Source: an uncultured Verrucomicrobiae bacterium
GTDB taxonomy: Bacteria > Verrucomicrobiota > Verrucomicrobiia > Limisphaerales > JAFGQR01
Length of the DNA stretch: 13,534 nt
Assembly: GCA_963788655.1 (NCBI GenBank)
Contig: CAWBHS010000032.1
Span: 1 to 13,534, forward strand
Reading direction: 5' to 3'
The notes beneath the pieces are model-generated. The model did not search any database and was not told the origin of the DNA. It saw nothing but the letters and a program-made list of their open reading frames with translations. Of the stretch, positions 1 through 8,327 are shown piece after piece. Positions within the stretch are counted from its first letter, which is position 1, and the number at the start of each line of letters is the position of its first letter. A program made the translations under genes and the position numbers.

Positions 1-2632
1 CCAAGCGACAAATCTCGTCGAGGTGGCGGATACCAACCAGGAAACGGATTTGTTCGCACGCGACTTGGAAACGGGCACCACGCACTTGATCAGTCCCAAC
101 GCCGCCGGCACCGCCACGGGGAATGGCCGATCCGAGCAGGCCGCCATGACGCCGGACGGAAAATACGTTGCGTTTGTAAGCACGGCCACGGATCTCGTCC
201 CCGGGGTGACTAACCGCCGGGGCGACGTTTATGTGCGTGACTCAACGCCGGTCAAACCTTTTGGGCGAGCACGAACGTCGGTGCCGCCATGCCGGACGCC
301 GCCGGCTACGAATGCTTTGGCCCGGCGCTCAGCGCGGATGGACGTTCCGTGGTTTTAAAGCAACGGGCATCGGAGTGACCAATGAGATATTGTTCGTCCA
401 TCACGATTTGAAACGGGCGTGAACACGGTGCTCACGCGGGAAACGGCGGCGGATACCTGGCCGCAACTCAGTGCTGACGGACGTTTCGTGGCTTACGAAA
501 GCACCAATCAGGTGTACCACTGGGACCGGGAACCGGTTCGAACGTGCTTGTCAGTGTGGCCATGGATGGCATTAATTCAGCGAGTGCCGCGGCGCGAGCT
601 CCGCTGATGACACCAAACGGATCCGGGTCGTGTTCCTGAGCTCAGCGACGAATCTGGTGGACGGCGGAATCAACGGTGTCTGGCAAATCTACCAGCGAGA
701 TTTGGAACATGACGTCACGACTCGGTCAGCGCCGACGATGACGGCCGGCCCGGGGCGGTGCATTTGGACGTTGCCCTTCCCTCGCTCAGCCCGGACGGTC
801 GCTGGGTGGCCTTTTCGTCAAGTGACGACCGTCTGGTGGCCGACGATTTGAACGGGATGGAAGATGTCTTTGTTTGCGAGGTGACTGCGGGCGTAACTCG
901 GTTGGTTTCCGCGCGCGATCCCGCGTTGGCCGCGTCACTGGTTCCGCCCTGAGTGCTCGCGAAGTCGGCGCCATTTCAGCCGACGGCAAGCGGATCGGTT
1001 TTGTTAGCCTGGACGGCAACCTGGCACCGCGGCGACACGAATGGGTGGCAGGATGCGTTCGTACAGGACATGGGCACCGGTCGGTGATGCCGTTGAGTGT
1101 CGATTCGAATGGCGGCTTCAACGATACCAATAGTATTCGCTCGCAACTTGACGTGAGCGCCCATGGTGAAGCCGCGGCCTTCTTGTGGCACAATTACGAT
1201 ATACGATAATGCCCATCCATTATACGTGAAATATCGAATCCCGGCGATGTCTATTGGTATGATTTCGACAGTGGTCAGGCGCTGCTGGTGAACGCCGATT
1301 CCGCCGGCAGTCCGATACGAAGTTGTCGTTCTCCGGTGGTCAGTCCGGATGGCCGGTACGTGGCCTTTTGCTGCAATGCCAACGTTAGCGATTTGGTGCC
1401 GGGAGCGTATGGCAGTTACAATAATTACTACAACGTCTATCTGCGCGACATGTGGGCGGGCACCAATGCGCTGATCAGCCAGGATTGGTATGGCGACGGA
1501 CTTTGGGATGATTCCGCGACGAATTGTGTGTTCAGCCCGGATGGACATTGGATTCTGTTTGCCACGGCGGCGTCGTATGTCACGGCAGACACTCCGGACG
1601 GCGTCTTCAGTCTCTATGCCCGCAACCTCGTCGAGCAAACCACGACGTTGATCAGCATTCGACCAAAGCCCAGCGCACTTGGGGGTACTTACGCGACGCG
1701 GTATTCAGCGCCGATTCTCGTCGGGTGGCGTTCGTCAGCGGCTTGCGCACGGTCGCCGTTCGCGATCTGGTTGTCCAAACCACCACGGTGGCGGCCAGTC
1801 ATGGCGAAGCCCCCAGCATCAGTGGGGATGGGCGTTACGTCACCACCAGACACCCGTTGATCGCCCGGGCCCGACGAACATCATGGTGGCCGATCTCGAG
1901 AGCGGCACGACCGATTTGGTCAGCCGCGGCCTTTCGGGCCAGGGCGTCAACGGCGATTCCGTGGCCGCCTCGATCAGCGCGGATGGCCGGTATGTGGTCT
2001 TTGCCAGTCGGGCGGACAACCTTGTGTTGAACGATACCAACCACGCCAGCGACATCTTCGTGCGAGACCTATGGCTCGGCACCACCTTGCTCGCCAGTAT
2101 GAACTACCATGGCACGGGCCCCGGCAACGGTGCGTCCACCCAACCCATCCTGGCGGCCAATGGCCGCACGGTGGTGTTCCAGAGCTTCGCCAGCGACTTG
2201 ATTCCTCACGACTACAACGGCACGCGCGACGTGTTCGTGTTGCAGTTGGGTGGACAAGATACCGATGCCGACGGCCTGGATGACGATTGGGAAATCGCGT
2301 ATTTCAAGAATTTGGATCACGACGGGGCAGGGGACTTTGACAGCGATGGTTCGACCAACGGTGAGGAGTTCCGCGCCGGCACGGATCCGACGAACGAAGG
2401 CTCCGTGCTGCAAGTGCTGACCGTAACCGCGCCCGGCAGCGGCAGCACGACCGTGCTTTGGAGCGCCGTACCCGGTCGCACCTATCAAGTGCAGTTCAAG
2501 GATTCCATGGACGATTCGGCCTGGCAGAACCTGCCCGCGGAGGTGACCGCCAGCAACACGACCGGCGCCGCGGTGGATGGAACTTCACCGGCATCCGGCA
2601 CGCGTTTCTACCGGGTACTGTTGGCGCCATGA
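1..2632 (+). CDS. Large extracellular TolB-like/PD40 beta-propeller repeat protein with C-terminal DxDxDG Ca-binding repeats and an FYRV-terminated C-terminal domain; 5' end lies outside the window; many frameshifts
   Basis: The blade motif (S-x-DGRYVAFxSxAxNLV...DTN...D(V/I)FVRD) recurs across ORF fragments 23..358, 419..607, 630..851, 758..952, 874..1209, 1288..1860, 1524..2030 and 1679..2632 in switching frames. Frame 2 is open from base 2 (QATNLVEVADTN...). The C-terminus reads DTDADGLDDDWE...DFDSDGSTNGEEFRAGTDP then WSAVPGRTYQVQ...RFYRV; stop TGA at 2630-2632. Confidence 0.85.
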
Positions 2633-2717
2633 CGTGCGTTGTTCCGAGCGAACTGGTTTGCAAGTGCCCGATGTGAGTCTCGGCCAATGCTCAAGCATCA
2701 ATTCAAAATTGCCGTCG

Positions 2718-2870
2718 CTTCCGAGAGTCGCGCCAGCGTTTGGAGTGCGCGAAGCTTGCTCCCGCTCTCTGCAAGTGCCGGGCGTCGCCATTGGAAGGCA
2801 GCTCCAGAAACGGACCGCAACTGCGCCGGCAAGCCGGACGCACTCCAAACGCGGGCGCGACTTTCGGAGG
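2718..2870. repeat. Inverted pair of REP-like elements (REPIN/BIME-like long hairpin)
   Basis: 2718-2749 (cttccgagagtcgcgccagcgtttggagtgcg) matches the reverse complement of 2839-2870 at 29/32 positions. Each arm continues into a GGAGTGCG-x4-GCTTGC-x3-CGC unit. It lies between genes, downstream of a stop codon. Confidence 0.8.
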
Positions 2871-3007
2871 TTGCCATTCCGGCCTTGGCCCCGCCCTGAG
2901 ATGAATGGAACGGCAAAGCACGCCAATCGGAACCTCTTTTTCCGTTCCTTCGCTCGTTTGACGTTCGATTTATCGGCAAACCCGTGACCGCAGCGTTCAT
3001 TTCTCGT

Positions 3008-3036
3008 TTGCACCGGAACGCAAATCGGCCTAGAAG
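3008..3036 (+). promoter_or_regulatory. Putative sigma70-type promoter of the oxidoreductase (probably leaderless transcript)
   Basis: TTGCAC (3008-3013), 17-nt spacer, TAGAAG (3031-3036), then 6 nt to ATG 3043; no SD. Confidence 0.4.
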
Positions 3037-3042
3037 AAGTTT

Positions 3043-4379
3043 ATGAATTCACATTTTCGCACCAGTCGTCGTTCATTTCTTAAACAAGTGGCCTTCGCGG
3101 GGCTGAGCGTTCCGTTTGTCACGCGCAACCTAATGTCCGCTCCGCCGAGCGGTAAGTTGTTTCACGCCAGCTTTGGTGGCAGCGGCATGGCGGGCGCCGA
3201 TCTGGAAACCATTACCCATCATGATTTCGTCCAACTCGTCGCCGTGGCCGACGTGGATCTCAGCCGCGCCGCCCGCTGGAAACAGCAGTTCCCGAACATC
3301 AAGATTTACCAGGATTGGCGCCAGTTGCTTGACAAGAAAAACAACTCGACTCGGTCAATGTGTCCGTCCCTGATCACATGCACGGCCCGATCGCGATGTC
3401 CGCGCTGCAACTCGGCAAGCACGTGTATTGTCAAAAGCCGCTCACGCATGACGTTTTTGAAACGCGGCAACTAACTCTGGTTGCGCGACAGAAGAAACTC
3501 GCCACGCAGATGGGCATCCAGATTCATTCGAGCCGGGAATACATGACTGCGGTGCGCCTGGTGCAGGATGGCGCCCTTGGCAAGGTCAAGGAAGTCCACA
3601 CCTGGAGCAACAAGAAATGGGGCGACATGAGTGCGCGTCCGGACCGCAGCGACCCGGTGCCCGACGGTTTTGATTGGAATATCTGGTTGGGCGTGTGCGC
3701 GGAGCGTCCCTTCATCGGCAATGCCTACTACCACCCGGGCAACTGGCGCAAACGTCTCGACTTCGGTACCGGCACGTTTGGCGACATGGGCTGCCATATT
3801 TACGATCCGGTGTTCAAATCGCTGGAACTGACCGCGCCGTTGTCGGTGCGCTCCGAGGGCCCGACGCCCAACCAATGGAATTGGGCCATCAACGCGGTGA
3901 TCCACTACGTGTTCCCCGGGACCCAGTTCACCGAAGGTAAGACCGTGAAGGTGACGTGGTATGACGGCGATGCCCGCCCGCCGCAGGACGTGCAGGCGTT
4001 GCTCGGCGGACAAAAAATACCGGGGCAGGGCTCGATCCTCATCGGCACAAAGGGGGTCATGCTCATCCCGCACATTGCCATGCCGCAACTGCTACCGAAG
4101 GAACAGTACCAGGACTACAACATTCCCAACGTGACCGCGCCGCACCATTACACGCAATTCCTCGAAGCCGCCCGCGGCAACGGCAAACCGCCCCTGGCCA
4201 ATTTCGATTACTCCGGGCCGCTGACAGAATCCGTACTCTTGGGCAGTGTGGCCACCCGGTTTCCGCACGCGACGTTGGAATGGAATGCCAAAAAACTGGC
4301 GTTTACGAATGTCGAGGAAGCCAATTCCTTTGTCCGCCGGACCTACCGGAAAGGCTGGGAAGTGAAAGGATTGTCGTAG
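3043..4379 (+). CDS. Gfo/Idh/MocA family NAD(P)-dependent oxidoreductase with Tat signal peptide; one frameshift near 3335-3345
   Basis: N-terminal SRRSFLK twin-arginine motif and a Rossmann-like FGGSGMAG. VAVADVD and IYQDWRQLLDK join, after a frame change at gacaagaaaaacaactc, to LDSVNVSVPDHMH, GKHVYCQKPLTH, WRKRLDFGTGTFGDMGCH and C-terminal RRTYRKGWE. Confidence 0.92.
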
Positions 4380-4700
4380 GCCCGCTTGCTTCCAACTCCC
4401 AGTAGCTTCGATGTAACGGTACGGACGCGGTGCATGCTGAACGAGCTTCTCGTTCGGCACTTGGGAGGCAACATTTGCCGGCATGCTCTGCGAGCCTTCT
4501 TTCGACGGAGAAGCGGACGGCGGAAACTCACTTCTAAACTAGCCAAGAACTGAGAGATTTCTCACGTCGGTTCCTATGGTTCAGGGTGTTCGGTCGTTTT
4601 GCCGAATTATGGAAAGGGGCGGATAAGTTGCCAATCAAACCCCGGTCCAAGCAAAACGCCAGCGGGGGGAGGCGGACCGTTACCAGCGGTATGGAAAGAT

Positions 4701-4782
4701 AAAAAAATGGCCCTGGCAACAGCAGCCAAGGAGGTGGGGATGGGGAATCCCGCTGTGAGGTATTTATACTGTTACCAGAACC
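4701..4782 (-). ncRNA. Candidate ~82-nt small RNA with 16-bp closing stem, C-rich/anti-SD loop and U7 tail
   Basis: GGUUCUGGUAACAGUA (4782-4767) pairs fully with UGCUGUUGCCAGGGCC (4724-4709) using 4 G-U pairs, followed by AUUUUUUU. An inner hairpin GGGAU-UCCCC-AUCCC is followed by CACCUCCUU. A promoter lies directly upstream. I cannot assign an Rfam family. Confidence 0.65.
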
Positions 4783-4788
4783 GCGTCC

Positions 4789-4850
4789 TTTTTACCCGAT
4801 TCAGACCAAGGGTGTCAACGCCATTATTGGATTTTTTTCAGACTTTTTTC
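4789..4850 (-). promoter_or_regulatory. Sigma70-type promoter with A-tract UP-like element driving the candidate sRNA
   Basis: Minus strand: A-tracts at 4849-4844 and 4838-4832, consensus TTGACA (4818-4813), 18-nt spacer, TAAAAA (4794-4789). The predicted +1 near 4782 coincides with the first base of the stem. Confidence 0.6.
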
Positions 4851-4930
4851 GCCAGGGCATTTCGCCGTTCCTGATCAGCGAATGATGAGCCTTGTCGCCC
4901 CAAGCCGGAACTCCATTGCCGCTCGGCCAA

Positions 4931-5419
4931 TCAGAGGTCTATTCGCGTAGCGGTGCCTGTCGCGGTGTCGTAATTGACAAAGGTCGAGTTGCCTGTCAGG
5001 CCGCCGTAGATTTCGCCGGGATTGATCATCAGCGTCTGACCCTGCGGCGTGATTTCGAAACGATGGTTATGTCCAAAACAGACCACGTCATAGCCACCGC
5101 CTTTGGCTATGGCCCGGCCAATATTGTCAAAATGATTTACGGAAAACGTCTTGCCGCCCAGTTCGAGTTCCACATATTCCCCGTGAAAATTCAGGTGCGG
5201 AAATTTCGCGCCGTTCGCGGCAATCCGGAAGCGGTCACCGTCATTGTTACCGAACACCACGTGGATGGGCTTGGAAAATCCCTGGCCCAGTTCCTTGGCA
5301 ATAAAGGGCGAACAAAGGTCACCGCAGCAAATCAGCGTCTCCGCCTCCTGGCAGCGCCGCAACGCCGCCTGCAGCTTGGGGATGTTGTCATGAATGTCGG
5401 ATAATATGGCCACGTTCAT
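4931..5419 (-). CDS. Metallophosphoesterase, YfcE/MJ0936/Vps29-like (calcineurin-like phosphoesterase superfamily), 162 aa
   Basis: Motifs SDIH, CGD, GNND, NH, GHNH and INPG occur in the correct order. Start taken at MNVAILSDIH (ATG 5419) rather than the longer 5479 ORF. Confidence 0.92.
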   Translation of the reverse strand: MNVAILSDIHDNIPKLQAALRRCQEAETLICCGDLCSPFIAKELGQGFSKPIHVVFGNNDGDRFRIAANGAKFPHLNFHGEYVELELGGKTFSVNHFDNIGRAIAKGGGYDVVCFGHNHRFEITPQGQTLMINPGEIYGGLTGNSTFVNYDTATGTATRIDL

Positions 5420-5527
5420 GCCGGCATGCTTAACGGCAAACGACGGGCAAGGCAAGAATGGGACTTGGCGAACGATCAATTATCGAGTCCTTCCTTGTTT
5501 GCGCTGCGAATGCGGTTCGGGCTACCA

Positions 5528-5707
5528 TTAGGACCGATGAGCCAGGCTGTCGGCCAAACCAAACCGAACCCGCATCGCGTGATTTCGCCGGGGTCCGCGC
5601 TCGAAGAATTCCCGAACCGTTTCAAGATCAGCTTGCCGCAATTGGTCTTGGAACGCGTGGGTGGGGACCGCGAACGAATCGCCCAACACCTCGACCAATT
5701 TAGGCAT
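5528..5707 (-). CDS. Small hypothetical protein (59 aa from ATG 5707), possibly frameshifted
   Basis: ATG-started ORF MPKLVEVLGDSFAVPTHAFQDQLRQADLETVREFFERG..., co-oriented with both neighbours; no recognisable motif. Confidence 0.3.
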   Translation of the reverse strand: MPKLVEVLGDSFAVPTHAFQDQLRQADLETVREFFERGPRRNHAMRVRFGLADSLAHRS

Positions 5708-5817
5708 TGATAGCAATGGAGACACTTCGGTCACCCGCGCAGCTTAGGCCAAGATGAATCACCGATGCAATCTTGCCCGCCCAAGGCTCCATGGATTAGA
5801 CACGTATAAGGGGTGGG

Positions 5818-7984
5818 TCACGGCATCGGGGTGAGTCCCTCCCACTGCACCTTCCAACGGCCATTGTTTGGAAAACCCGGCGCAGACCTCTTTGGCGCCC
5901 CATCCCAGCCGGCAGCCATCATGGCCACCGCCGTTAACAAACCGCCGTTGCCTGGGAGATACAATTGGAGGTTGCCGCGTTGGAAATTATGCCCGTTGGC
6001 GAGGTAATGGTTCTTCGGCGTATCCAGCAGCAAGGCGTCAATGGCCTCTTCGGGTTTGCCGACGCGCGCGGCGGTCATCGCCATCATCGGGTAATCCCAA
6101 CCCCAGGTCCGCGGCCAGTCCCAGGTCTTTTGCACGTTGTCAAGAGTGCGGCTCATTGTGTCGGGATCGATCAGCGGTGTGAGCGGTAGAACCCCCAAGG
6201 CCGCCAGCATGGACGGATGATCCTGGCGTTTGGTGAAGGGCGGCGTCTCGATGGCGGCATAAACACCTTCCTTGACCGTGGGCTTGGACAAATGTTTCAA
6301 CACGCGATCCCATTCCGGATTGCGCGCCAAGCCCAACCGCTCGCGCCATCGCTGGGCGGTGTTCAGGCCCCAATCCCAATAGGCCAATTCGAACGTGGGG
6401 TTGAGGGTGGTGCGCCGATCATAATTTTCCTGGGCCGGGATCAGGACCGGTCCCAAGACGTAGCGCTGATTCGCGGCATCCCAAACCGGATACGACGCCA
6501 TGAATTCGGCCGTCTCGAAGACCAGTTCCCGATAACGTTCCAACGTGGCGCGCTCGGGATGAGCCCGGTAAGCCAATTCGGCGTAATAGATCGGGTGCGG
6601 CTGTTGCCAGATCAGGAACACTCCGACGCTGCTCGGACTTTCGCGTCCATCCGGTCCCACCATCTTTGGCCAGCGGGCGCCGCGGTAGCCCTGGCGTCGG
6701 GCGGTCGCCTGGGCCATCGGCAGGATGCGCTGATACCAGGGCAAGCTGCGTTCGAGCAGTTCGAGGCGATTCCACAAGGCGAAGTGCGCCGCGTGCCACC
6801 AGTGCATTTCGAGATGGAACTTCCCGTACCAGCTATTCTGAACCAGACCCGTTTCCTGCGGCGGCATCGAACCGGCGCAATTAATGGCCGTCACGTATTG
6901 GGAAAGCACAATCCGGCGCTCCAATTCGTGCCAACGTGGATCAGTGCTGCCGGACAAATCGATGGCCCCACCCGTGGACCAGAACTTCTGCCAATGGCGA
7001 GCCGCGGCATCGCGCACAGCGGTAAAGTCCGGCAACCCCTCCGCGGCCGGGCGCGGTGAAAATGCTAACACCACCTCCAGCGTTTCATGGTCCTTCGCCC
7101 ATATTTCAAAATGATGCGGAGCGGTTTCTTTGATGGCGCCGCCGGCCGACCATGCCGCTTGGACGTAATAGCGGTCCGCATCCAACACTCGCTCGAACCG
7201 GCCCTGATTTCCCTGGATGCGCAGCGTGGTGGTGTGGCGGTTGGGTTATCGTCCAATCGGAGGGATTCCGCCAATTGTCCGAGCCGTAAGGAAAGGCGAG
7301 TTGCACCCCCAATCGCTGATTCTGCAACCGGGGAGACTCGATGCGCACGGCCAGCAGATCGCGTTCGGGATGGCAGACCGTTAACACCCGCACCGCTTGG
7401 CCGTCCATGGTGAATCGGCTGTCGAGTAATCCCTGCCACAAATCAAGCGTCTGCCGCGTGGCCGTCAAATCTGGCAGGCTTGCCGGAGAGCCGTCCGGGT
7501 GGCGGAGGATGAGTCCGAGGCGACCCAGGTTTAGGCGATGCGGATTGGCGCGCAGCCATTGATTGGCGGCTTTGGCCAATGGGCTTGGGGCGGCTTGATC
7601 CGGGTAGGGAACCGGGCGGCCGTTGACCTCGTAGGAATTCAGCACGTTCTCCAACTTGAATCCCTGTGGATTGGGCAGGCGGTGCCATCCCCACTGCGAC
7701 ATCGTGGCGAGCAAGATGTCCGCTTGATGAAACTCGGGAAAAGTCTGAAGCCCCGTGATGTCGGCCGTAAACGCAAACTCACCGTTGCCGACCGTCAACG
7801 GGGTGAGCGGATCGGGGTGGGTGAGCGTGACGTTATGGCGCGTCACCAACGCCCGTCGATCGATGGAAGATGCGGCACCGTGGGTTGGATTCTCGCTGCC
7901 GCGGCTTCCCTGAGCAAGCGCATCTTGACCGCAGACGCAACAGCCCAGCAGCAGGGCGACGGAGGATGTGAATATGTGTTTCAA
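5818..7984 (-). CDS. Secreted six-hairpin (alpha/alpha)6 glycoside hydrolase, GH65/GH95-like; one frameshift near 7250
   Basis: Signal peptide MKHIFTSSVALLLGCCVCG, then IDRRALVTRHN and PLTVGNGEFAFTADITGLQTF in ORF 7106..7984. It continues after SDW in the 5818 frame (PNRHTTTL...VLDADRYY) with PPQETGL, NSWYGKFHLEMHWWH, GARWPKM, LIWQQPHPIY, TWGWDYPM and YLPGNGGLL. Confidence 0.85.
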
Positions 7985-7990
7985 TGCTTC

Positions 7991-8018
7991 AGATTAACAT
8001 GACCGCGAGATTTGTTAA
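7991..8018 (-). promoter_or_regulatory. Putative extended -10 promoter of the six-hairpin glycosidase
   Basis: Minus strand: TTAACA (8018-8013), 16-nt spacer ending TGt, TAATCT (7996-7991), 6 nt to the start codon at 7984. Confidence 0.45.
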
Positions 8019-8079
8019 CTCTGGATCAACTGGTTTCAAGAAGGCCGGTAATTGTGGTTCTCACGCCTCTCCCGCAACC

Positions 8080-8241
8080 GGCGGCGGAAATTATTTCGAA
8101 GAACTGCTGGCGCGCATCCGCGACATCCGATCTTCGGAGAAGGTCTTCTGGCGCAAGGCGGAGAAGGATTTTGAGGCGGCGGTGAAGCAATTGAAGCCGT
8201 TGTCGCCAGGCAGCCGGAAGAAAAAGACCAGCGAACGTTAA
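8080..8241 (+). pseudogene. Remnant of a RhuM-family (virulence RhuM-like) gene, N-terminally truncated and internally deleted
   Basis: GGGNYFEELLARIRDIRSSEKVFWRK matches the recalled RhuM core motif (YFxELLxRIRDIRSSEK). It is fused directly to a RhuM-like C-terminus, AEKDFEAAVKQLK...KKK. The family is normally several times longer. Confidence 0.75.
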
Positions 8242-8284
8242 GGCGTTGCTTCCGCTTTCGCGGCTGGGTTTCCAGACCATTCCA

Positions 8285-8313
8285 TTGACCCGCGCCAATT
8301 GCTGGCGTAAAAC
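8285..8313 (+). promoter_or_regulatory. Putative sigma70-type promoter of the GH29 gene
   Basis: TTGACC (8285-8290), 17-nt spacer, TAAAAC (8308-8313), 14 nt to ATG 8328; no SD. Confidence 0.5.
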
Positions 8314-8327
8314 AATGTTCCATAAGC

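Noticed and set aside
2577..3013. Several overlapping ORFs (86-142 aa) on both strands across the REP pair
   Set aside because: They are translations of a GC-rich palindromic repeat with no protein motifs.
3331..3347. Possible programmed frameshift or phase variation at gacaagaaaaac in the oxidoreductase
   Set aside because: The A-run is short and similar single indels interrupt most genes in the window; sequencing error is more parsimonious.
4727..4745. Fragment of a 16S rRNA 3' end
   Set aside because: The match is limited to CACCUCCUU; the adjacent helix 45 sequence is absent.
4380..4930. tRNA, tmRNA, SRP, RNase P, 6S, riboswitch or CRISPR array in the large intergenic region
   Set aside because: I recognised no cloverleaf/TpsiC, SRP loop, RNase P or riboswitch consensus, and there are no regularly spaced direct repeats.
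6217..7059. Long antisense ORFs (6217..7059, 11264..12220, 4892..5404, 3471..4088, 976..1638, 12874..13530)
   Set aside because: They are shadow ORFs opposite well-supported genes, as expected from high-GC codon bias.
7982..7986. Unusual TTG start on an apparently leaderless glycosidase gene
   Set aside because: The context gaagcattgaaacac becomes gaagcatgaaacac with one base removed. In this indel-prone sequence a miscalled ATG is as likely, so nothing biological can be claimed.
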